64,000 bases of DNA from assembly GCA_039028155.1 (NCBI GenBank), contig JBCCIS010000006.1, positions 10,225-74,224 on the forward strand, read 5' to 3'. Position numbers and translations under genes: made by a program. Every line of letters starts with the position of its first letter. Within the stretch, counting starts at the first letter, position 1. Below, in pieces: positions 16,239 through 22,790 of the stretch. The notes below the pieces were generated by a model. It was not told the DNA's origin, ran no database searches, and worked only from the letters and a program-made list of their open reading frames with translations. This DNA comes from Pseudomonadota bacterium (GTDB lineage Bacteria > Pseudomonadota > Alphaproteobacteria > SP197).

Positions 16239-18014
16239 GTTTGGGACGACAGCTGATACGCCGGAAAGTCCATAGACCCGTTTGGCTTCGCGTCGCCTCT
16301 GCGTGGATTTGACGCCCCGCACACCTGCCCTGATGTCATGCGCAAGGTCGGTCTGGTTCCTGATCTCGGCCCTGCTAAGTCCCTCTTTGTATGCCCAGTC
16401 CCTATAAGCCGGGTATACGACGGACATCGGCACAAAGTCAGCATCATTACCGGTGACAGTCAGTCTTGCCTCAGCAAACCTGAGTGCGGGCGATTGCGAT
16501 CGCGCGGCGTCGTCGACTTCAGCGCGGCCGAGCTCTCCCACGGTAAACTGAAAACCGTTCGACCGCAGACGCAAGAGTCCACCAATGGCCCAATTGGCGA
16601 TGCCACTCAACTCGGCCCTTAGCTTCTCGCCCATGTGCCTGTCTTCATGCCCCCTGAAGGTCCTTTCAAATCGGATGATGAGCATACGTGCTGCAAGAGC
16701 ACCGCTCTCATCAATGAACTTTGGCTGACGATTGCTCGTGATCACAATACGTACTCTGAGCGTGGCGTTTACGATCGACAGGTTCTTCCGGTTTACCGAG
16801 ACCTCGTCACCGCCAGTGATGCTCTTTATTCGCTCCAGCGCGGCTGCTCGATTTCTAGTTGGCGTGTCGTGCGCGTCAGGCACGATCACCAAGCGCTTGT
16901 CCAGAAAACTCTGCATGCCAAAGTCCGAGCCGAGGTCTGGCATCATTGCGGACGTGGCGTGTTGTCTCCCGATAAGGTCGCGCAGCACATTGTGCGCTGT
17001 CGACTTGCCCGAACGAGTTACGCCCATGAAGTTCATGAAGTGGTGCGCGCAAATGTCGGGAGTTAGACAGTAGCCAAACCACTCCTGAAGCGCAGGGTGG
17101 AACGACGGATCGAGCGTCTCGTCCAGCCACCGCATCCAGGTCGGACACTCGGCGAACGGCTCGTAGTCGTGGTCCGGCAGTCCGGTCGCGAAGTATCGAC
17201 CATCGTGCGGGATCAGCTTGCCGGTCATCACGTTCAGCAGGCCATTACGGAACAGGACAAGATCCTCTGGGTCGGGTTCCGATCCGTCAGGCTCCAGCCA
17301 TTCGAAGGGGCTCGCGCTCACGACTGCTATCTGGTGTACGCCCTTCACGATCTTGGCGACGTGGTCGACGTCGAGGAAGTCCGTTGGGTCGGTCTCGCGC
17401 ACTTCCGCTGCGAGCATGTCGTCCGACATCTCGGCCCAAGCACCGCTGTCAAAGGAGAAGAGCGTGCCGCTAGATGAGATGATCGGCGCTGGTCGACGGG
17501 CGAGGAACAGACGTGCATTCTTAGCGCCGTGCTTTTGCTCAAAGACGATCTTTACGGGCCAAGGCTCTTCAGCGGCTTCAACCCTGCATCGCTCCAGGGC
17601 GTCCCGCCTTGGCCTGTCAGCCCACGCCGTCAGTTCGTCGGCCAATCCCTCCCATTGCCTTGCCGCCAGTTCTATGCGGTCTGGATGATTGTCGGAGAGT
17701 CGAAAGTCAAATGCCAAGTCTCTGTAGCGTTCGGCCTCCTCTCGCGCGATCTGCTGGAGGTCGTCGGCAGGCGTCGCTTCCTCCCACCAAGTAGCCACAC
17801 ACTCGTCGAGCTCGAAGGGTTCTCGTCCCGCTTGGTGCAGGCAGTGTGCGACGAAGGCCAGTGTCATCGCCTTGGCACCGTCGACACCGGCAGACGCTTG
17901 GCATAGCGACCGGACCAATCGCTCATAGCCGATTGCTCCAGGATCGATGCAAGAGAGGAACTCGAGCATGTCGGCGCCGTCGTAAGTCAGCGGGTGCATC
18001 TGAGGGTCAGCCAT
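16227..18014 (-). CDS. phage/plasmid primase, P4 family (D5-like SF3 NTPase/helicase C-terminal domain)
   Basis: Walker A GVTRSGKST in ...HHFMNFMGVTRSGKSTAHNVLRDLIG, then LVIVPD (Walker B-like). The start was set to MADPQMH (18014), overlapping the upstream gene stop. Confidence 0.8.
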   Translation of the reverse strand: MADPQMHPLTYDGADMLEFLSCIDPGAIGYERLVRSLCQASAGVDGAKAMTLAFVAHCLHQAGREPFELDECVATWWEEATPADDLQQIAREEAERYRDLAFDFRLSDNHPDRIELAARQWEGLADELTAWADRPRRDALERCRVEAAEEPWPVKIVFEQKHGAKNARLFLARRPAPIISSSGTLFSFDSGAWAEMSDDMLAAEVRETDPTDFLDVDHVAKIVKGVHQIAVVSASPFEWLEPDGSEPDPEDLVLFRNGLLNVMTGKLIPHDGRYFATGLPDHDYEPFAECPTWMRWLDETLDPSFHPALQEWFGYCLTPDICAHHFMNFMGVTRSGKSTAHNVLRDLIGRQHATSAMMPDLGSDFGMQSFLDKRLVIVPDAHDTPTRNRAAALERIKSITGGDEVSVNRKNLSIVNATLRVRIVITSNRQPKFIDESGALAARMLIIRFERTFRGHEDRHMGEKLRAELSGIANWAIGGLLRLRSNGFQFTVGELGRAEVDDAARSQSPALRFAEARLTVTGNDADFVPMSVVYPAYRDWAYKEGLSRAEIRNQTDLAHDIRAGVRGVKSTQRRREAKRVYGLSGVSAVVPNLED

Positions 18015-18240
18015 CGGACTTCTCCCTCTCTGCAAGGAACGCCTCGACGTCCGAGCGCCGGTAGAAGACGTACTGGCCCCGCTTGTAGAAGCGCGGGCTG
18101 CGGCCCTTCGGCCTGTAGTCCCTCAGGGTGTCGGGGGTGAGGCCGAGAACTCGCGCGGCCTCCGCGTTAGTCAGCCACTCCCGCTCGAAGTCGTCGAACG
18201 AGGGGCCACTGTCGCCCCCTGTCGCGTCATTCTTGTTCAT
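18007..18240 (-). CDS. AlpA/excisionase-type HTH protein
   Basis: 77 aa. WLTNAEAARVLGLTPDTLRDYR...YVFYRRSDVEAFL is the MerR/AlpA-like excisionase-family pattern. It sits directly upstream of the primase. Confidence 0.7.
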   Translation of the reverse strand: MNKNDATGGDSGPSFDDFEREWLTNAEAARVLGLTPDTLRDYRPKGRSPRFYKRGQYVFYRRSDVEAFLAEREKSDG

Positions 18241-18349
18241 GTGCGATTGCTCCTTCTTGCTTTCGCGCAGATCATTCCTTCAATGGGCGTCCCACGGCCC
18301 GCCGCATCACCCGCGGCGGGCCGACTCACATAAGAGGGGCACTCACTCT

Positions 18350-18367
18350 TCGCATATAGTGATGCAT
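18350..18367. promoter_or_regulatory. 18-bp box TCGCATAnnGTGATGCAT (copy 2)
   Basis: TCGCATATAGTGATGCAT lies in the AT-rich gap upstream of the AlpA-like/primase genes. 16 of 18 positions are identical to 9381..9398. Confidence 0.35.
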
Positions 18368-18441
18368 ATAACTAAACCAATCAGCCTTGAAAGTCGAGTC
18401 TTTTGTACTTTGCAGTGCCGGGCCGGTGATTGATGCCAGCG

Positions 18442-18774
18442 TCAGTGCTCAACGGCGCCCGCCAGCTCCTTGGCCCACCCGACCGTCTCCCGGTCGGCGA
18501 GGTCGCTCGGCGTCGCGTTTCGGAAGAACGCCTCGGCGTCTTCCGCGTAGAAGGTCCCGCCATAGACCGGGAACTTTCCGTAGACGCCCACCAGGGCCTC
18601 GCGCACCAGCCAGTGGTCGGGCCGCAGCCCGAGCTCGCGCGCCGCCAGCGCAACGCGGTCGACTATGTGATCCTCGCCGCGCCCCTCGGCCAGCTCGATC
18701 ATGCCGACGAACGCGTCGTAGTCCTCGATCGGCCAGTCGTTGACGTGGCCCTCCGGCCGGGATCGCGAGGTCAT
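18442..18774 (-). CDS. hypothetical protein (110 aa)
   Basis: Overlaps the upstream HTH gene stop (ATGA-type coupling at 18771-18774). No motif recognised. Confidence 0.45.
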   Translation of the reverse strand: MTSRSRPEGHVNDWPIEDYDAFVGMIELAEGRGEDHIVDRVALAARELGLRPDHWLVREALVGVYGKFPVYGGTFYAEDAEAFFRNATPSDLADRETVGWAKELAGAVEH

Positions 18775-18983
18775 CGGCCGTTCTCCCCGCGCACGAACGC
18801 GTCGACGTCGTCAACGTGGTACCGGACCAGTCGCTTGTTGAGGACGTGGTACCGGGGCCCCTGGCCCTTGCAGCGCCAGATGGCGAGGGACTTGGGCGAG
18901 TTTCCAAGGTAGGCCGCAGCCTCTTCTGTATTGAGCCACGGCGACGTGAAGGTCGGCCTCACAGCGGTATCGAGCATGCGCAC
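18771..18983 (-). CDS. excisionase-family HTH protein
   Basis: 70 aa. WLNTEEAAAYLGNSPKSLAIWRCKGQGPRYH...VRYHVDDVDAFV is the excisionase/AlpA pattern. Confidence 0.7.
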   Translation of the reverse strand: MRMLDTAVRPTFTSPWLNTEEAAAYLGNSPKSLAIWRCKGQGPRYHVLNKRLVRYHVDDVDAFVRGENGR

Positions 18984-19296
18984 GTCCTCAGGCAGCCGCC
19001 GCGATCAACACGGCGGACAGTGGGTCTCAATTTCACTGTCATCACTGTCTGAAGGTGCCCACGGCTTTGCCGCTGGAACCTGTGGGCGCATATCTGCACC
19101 TATCTGAATAATATCAGGTGCTGTGCGCCGGGGGATACCAACGAGTACGCCGCAGTCCGGGGCACGGCCCAATGGCCGCTGGGCCACCGCTCATCCGGGT
19201 ACGGATCGCGTCGTTAGTTCACCCGAGAGCGGACGTTCAGGCGTGTCATCCGGATGTCTGCTCTTGACCCTAACCAGACATTCGAATCAACAGCGA

Positions 19297-19785
19297 TTAT
19301 CTAGGCGTCCGATCAAACTCTTTAATCACCGACGACAACGCTTCGTTGAACTCGCCGTCTGGAAACCTGGCACTGGAAAGCTCGTGCACGTATCGCCATT
19401 CGACGAACGCGTCACTGTTGGAATCCAGTATCGATCGCAAACCTGGACGAATGGGCGAAAGGCCTCGGCAAGGGTGCGGGATCTCCGGATGTGCACTCTC
19501 AAGACGGGTCCGCGTTTCTTCGTTCAGTCCGTCGAACAATTTCAGAAGATCGTGCGTTTTCGGTATATCACTATCCTTGTTCTCCTTGGCCCACCAAGCT
19601 TTGAGGGCCAGTTCCATTGCGAAAGCTGCAAGTACTGGGCGAGCGATGAACTGTCCCTCAAAGAGGGCGGCGTTTGAGGAGGGATCAACGCTGTTTCCAA
19701 ACGATCTTATGAGTTCCTGCAGAGCGCGAGCAGAGAACATCATCGAGGCTGAGTCCGAGTTTTTTCGCTTTGGAGAAGTCATCAA
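19297..19785 (-). CDS. HEPN-domain-like protein (tentative; start uncertain)
   Basis: AMELALKAWWA...KTHDLLKLF...FVEWRY resembles the classical HEPN (PF05168-type) helices. My count of one 60-nt stretch gives about 53% GC. Possible starts are at 19782 and 19743. Confidence 0.5.
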   Translation of the reverse strand: MMTSPKRKNSDSASMMFSARALQELIRSFGNSVDPSSNAALFEGQFIARPVLAAFAMELALKAWWAKENKDSDIPKTHDLLKLFDGLNEETRTRLESAHPEIPHPCRGLSPIRPGLRSILDSNSDAFVEWRYVHELSSARFPDGEFNEALSSVIKEFDRTPR

Positions 19786-20066
19786 TTGATTTCGTGACGT
19801 ATCCGTTTTTTGGTTCCTGATACAGTAGACCTTCGGCGATCAGCAATGCTAGCCGGAGTAGGCCCAAAGCCGCGATCCGGCAGCTTTCTAATCAACGACC
19901 GCCGCGCGCCCAACTCGTTGGTTCGGTGAAGCACAGCCATAGTCCAGATCGGGCCCAAAGCGGATGTGATCGCTGGCAGTGGCATTTTCTGGTTATGGCT
20001 AATCTCAGACAAGCGAAGCGGCGACCGGGTTGTCTGGAATGCGTTCAACAACCGACGTGCGGTTCA

Positions 20067-21221
20067 CTAGCCGGCCGCGGTCCTTCGCTGGGACGAAGAC
20101 CCAACACCGCAACGAGCCAGAACCAGCGCCTCGAACCGCTCCGCCCAGGGCCGCAGGTGCTCGACGAGGTGCTCGGGATGGACGTAGCTGCCCGTCGCGC
20201 CCGGCAGCTTGTGTCCCAGCAGCAATGCTGACTCCGCGTATGGCACGCCTGCCGCGATCAGGAGGGTGCGCGCGTGGTGCCGGTACTCGTGTGGGCTCGG
20301 CAGGCCCTGCTCCCTGGCGTTCACGACGTGGCCCGAGCTGCTCGTCGCCGACGGCCACAGCCACTCGCTTCGCAGCGGCTCGTCGTCCTCCATCCGGATC
20401 CTTAGCATCTCGACGAGGAACGGTCCGGCGGGGAACAGCATCTCGCCGTGGGTCTTCATGTGGCGGAAGTTGACGACGCCGTTCTCCGCATCCACGTCGC
20501 CGCGCTCGAGCGTCAGGACCGACGTCTTTCGGGCGCCGGTCAGCATCATCGCCCTGTGCAGGTCGCGGCGCGCCGGGCCCAGCCGCCCCGTCCTGTCCCA
20601 CCACCTCTCGAGGTCGAGCGGCGCGACCGTCCTCGGCTTCGGCGCAGGGAAGCGCACCGCCTCGACGGGGTTCGGGCCTATCGTCTCGTCGATCCTTCGC
20701 GCTGTGTTTATGACTGCCCTGAGAGAGCGCATCACGCCGGACGCGGTGGTCTGGCCGCTGTTGGTCCTGATGCGCTCGTAGACCTCTCGGACGTCTGCCC
20801 GGCTGATGTCGGCCACCGCGCGGCGCCGAAGAGTCCTGAGGTACTTCTCTATGTGGTAGCGGTAGTCCCTGACGGTCACCGGCCGCAGCTCGCGCTCCGC
20901 AAGGTGGGCATCGTACGCCTCGGCCAGGGTCATGCCGGTCTCGGCCGGCCTCGCGGTCGGGTCCACGCCGGACTGGATCGTCGACATGATCTCCCGGGCG
21001 CGCCTGCGCGCCTCGCGCAGCCCGATCCTGTCGACGCGGTCGATCTTTACGCGGACGGTCCGGACGTGTCGCCCGTTCCGGCGGACGTCGCCCTGGACCG
21101 CGTAGGTCTTCGTCGTCCGGTGGCAGATGACCATGAGGCCCTTGGCCTGCTCGTCGCGGTAAATGCCGCTGCCGAGCGGCAGGCTCCTTATCCTGGCCTC
21201 GGTGAGGTTGATGACAGGCAT
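20067..21221 (-). CDS. tyrosine-type site-specific integrase
   Basis: 384 aa from MPVINLTEARIRSL, with AAGGAGG upstream. The C-terminal HEYRHHARTLLIAAGV...LLGHKLPG...YVH carries the R..HxxR..Y-type catalytic signature. It is adjacent to the tRNA junction. Confidence 0.9.
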   Translation of the reverse strand: MPVINLTEARIRSLPLGSGIYRDEQAKGLMVICHRTTKTYAVQGDVRRNGRHVRTVRVKIDRVDRIGLREARRRAREIMSTIQSGVDPTARPAETGMTLAEAYDAHLAERELRPVTVRDYRYHIEKYLRTLRRRAVADISRADVREVYERIRTNSGQTTASGVMRSLRAVINTARRIDETIGPNPVEAVRFPAPKPRTVAPLDLERWWDRTGRLGPARRDLHRAMMLTGARKTSVLTLERGDVDAENGVVNFRHMKTHGEMLFPAGPFLVEMLRIRMEDDEPLRSEWLWPSATSSSGHVVNAREQGLPSPHEYRHHARTLLIAAGVPYAESALLLGHKLPGATGSYVHPEHLVEHLRPWAERFEALVLARCGVGSSSQRRTAAG

Positions 21222-21270
21222 GTGGGCGACCTCCTTGAAACACCGTTGCAAGCACCGAAAGCGCGTAGTT

Positions 21271-21363
21271 CCCGGTAGGTGGGAACAGGCGGTACGAGGT
21301 CGATGTTGTCGTGGATCTAGGGGGTCGCGAACCCTGATTAGCCTGGATACAGCCCGGTAGGTG
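21271..21363. repeat. direct repeat CCCGGTAGGTG x2 (candidate integrase arm-type sites)
   Basis: Copies at 21271..21281 and 21353..21363, between the integrase start and the att core. Confidence 0.35.
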
Positions 21364-21376
21364 TTCCGTGACCGAG

Positions 21377-21415
21377 TTAGGAATCCTGTGCTCTATCCAG
21401 CTGAGCTACGGGCGC
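21377..21415 (-). pseudogene. 5' portion of the split tRNA-Arg(CCT), forming the island junction (att site)
   Basis: The reverse complement reads GCGCCCGTAGCTCAGCTGGATAGAGCACAGGATTCCTAA, then diverges into CTCGGTCACGGAACACC with no T arm. Confidence 0.85.
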
Positions 21416-21563
21416 GTGAGCGATGGGATAGCAGAATCCGAAAGGTGGTGCCAGGTGGGCCGGCCGGCCTTTGGTGCGCCCCGGCCCCTAATCGGTCCTT
21501 GCGTTGCCGACGGCGCCTGGTCTATCTGAGCGGCCGCCGCCGCGTTCAACCTTAGGATGTGCC

Positions 21564-22178
21564 ATGACAGTTTCCACCGGGGCCCGCTCCCTGATCGATA
21601 CGCTTGTTCCCCATGAACGCGCCCGGCGGCTTGCCTGGTATGCGCTGCTTGCCCTGCTCGGCACGGCCGTGCTGGCGCTCTCGGCCAAGGTCAAGGTGCC
21701 GCTGTGGCCGGTCGATGCGTCGCTGCAGACGCTGGCGCTGTTCACCATCGCCGCGGCGTTCGGGCGGCGGCTCGCCGTCGCCACGTTGGTGCTCTATCTC
21801 GTGGAGGGCGCGCTCGGTCTGCCGGTGTTTCAGGGGACGCCCGAGCGTGGCATCGGCCTTGCCTACATGGTCGGACCGACCGGCGGGTATCTGATCGGTT
21901 TCGTGTTGGCCGCCTACATGGTCGGTTGGGCGGCCGACAAGGGGTGGGACCGTCGTCCTTTTCGCCTGTTCGGCGTGATGCTCGTGGCCGAGCTCGTGCT
22001 GCTGGCGCTGGGCGCGCTCTGGCTCGCTTACCTCTTCGGCTTCGACAAGGCCTTCGCCTACGGTGTCGGACCCTTCATCGTGACCGATCTTATCAAGATC
22101 GCGCTTGCCGCCGCCATCGTGCCGGCGCTGTGGCGCCTGGTGCGCCACCTGCGCCCCACAGCAACCGACGATACCTGA
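21564..22178 (+). CDS. bioY: biotin transporter BioY
   Basis: VPLWPVDASLQTLALF...GLPVFQG...GLAYMVGPTGGYLIGF is the BioY signature. The start was trimmed to the ATG at 21564, which has AGGA upstream. Confidence 0.85.
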   Translation: MTVSTGARSLIDTLVPHERARRLAWYALLALLGTAVLALSAKVKVPLWPVDASLQTLALFTIAAAFGRRLAVATLVLYLVEGALGLPVFQGTPERGIGLAYMVGPTGGYLIGFVLAAYMVGWAADKGWDRRPFRLFGVMLVAELVLLALGALWLAYLFGFDKAFAYGVGPFIVTDLIKIALAAAIVPALWRLVRHLRPTATDDT

Positions 22179-22250
22179 ATAGCTCCCCGCTCACGCGGAC
22201 CGGTGATGCCGAGCAGATCGCCAGTCCGCCTTGGCTGAAGGCGAGAGATT

Positions 22251-22281
22251 CCCGGGGCGCCCGTCAGCGCGGCGCCCCGGG
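22251..22281. terminator. GC hairpin between convergent genes
   Basis: CCCGGGGCGCC-N9-GGCGCCCCGGG, an 11-bp perfect stem. Confidence 0.55.
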
Positions 22282-22301
22282 ATCAGCGCCGTCAAGCGCC
22301 A

Positions 22302-22643
22302 TCACACACTTAACAACGCCAAGCCAATGATGATGGCGGCCAAGCCGGCGAGCTCCTTGGACGAAAAGGACTCGCCCAGAATGAACATCGACACCAGTGC
22401 GATGAGCACGACCTCGATGCCCAGGATGGCGATGTACATGAAGCCGACGCGCTCGATCTTGAGCGCGAAGATTTCCATGGTCGCGGCACCGGCCAAGGTG
22501 AACGCGATGATGAAAAACGCGGTAAACGACGCGTTGTTTGAAAAGAGTTTCATGCCGTAGGTCGCGACGACGTAACAGACCGCCGAGCCCAAGGCCAACG
22601 ACAACGCTATTGATTGCACTGATACGCTCCCTCCATCGCCCAC
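22302..22643 (-). CDS. small 4-TM membrane protein (SMR/DMT-superfamily-like)
   Basis: 113 aa with four hydrophobic segments and EmrE-like size and layout. Confidence 0.55.
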   Translation of the reverse strand: MGDGGSVSVQSIALSLALGSAVCYVVATYGMKLFSNNASFTAFFIIAFTLAGAATMEIFALKIERVGFMYIAILGIEVVLIALVSMFILGESFSSKELAGLAAIIIGLALLSV

Positions 22644-22790
22644 GCCAAGGACATGGGCGACGCATCAGATCAACATGTTCGTTCGTCACGCCTGTTTGTC
22701 ATGGCGTGAAAGCACCATGTTGAAGGGGCGTCGTGAATCGCCGGTGGTCTCGACCGTGAAACCATCGTTAAATCGATCGACGCCTTTGAT

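Larger units (their letters stand above)
4049..21393. mobile_element. ~17.3-kb integrative element (satellite/PICI- or P4-like genomic island) bounded by a 17-bp direct repeat
   Basis: TTAGGAATCCTGTGCTC occurs at 4049..4065 and 21377..21393. An integrase gene lies next to the right junction. Excisionase-type HTH genes, a P4-type primase and a terS-like gene lie inside. GC content is mosaic. Confidence 0.75.

Noticed and set aside
18296-18322. GGCCCGCCGC-N7-GCGGCGGGCC hairpin as an intrinsic terminator between the 110-aa gene and the AlpA-like gene
   Set aside because: The stem is perfect, but no U-tract follows it on the transcribed (minus) strand, so I did not call it a terminator.
20005-21255. 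416-aa ORF in another frame of the integrase locus
   Set aside because: It is extremely Arg/Pro/Gly-rich, whereas the overlapping frame carries clear integrase motifs and a strong RBS.
21377-21415. Possible functional tRNA gene at the right island junction
   Set aside because: Only the first 39 nt of a tRNA are present. The sequence after the anticodon loop cannot form the 3' anticodon stem, T arm or acceptor stem.
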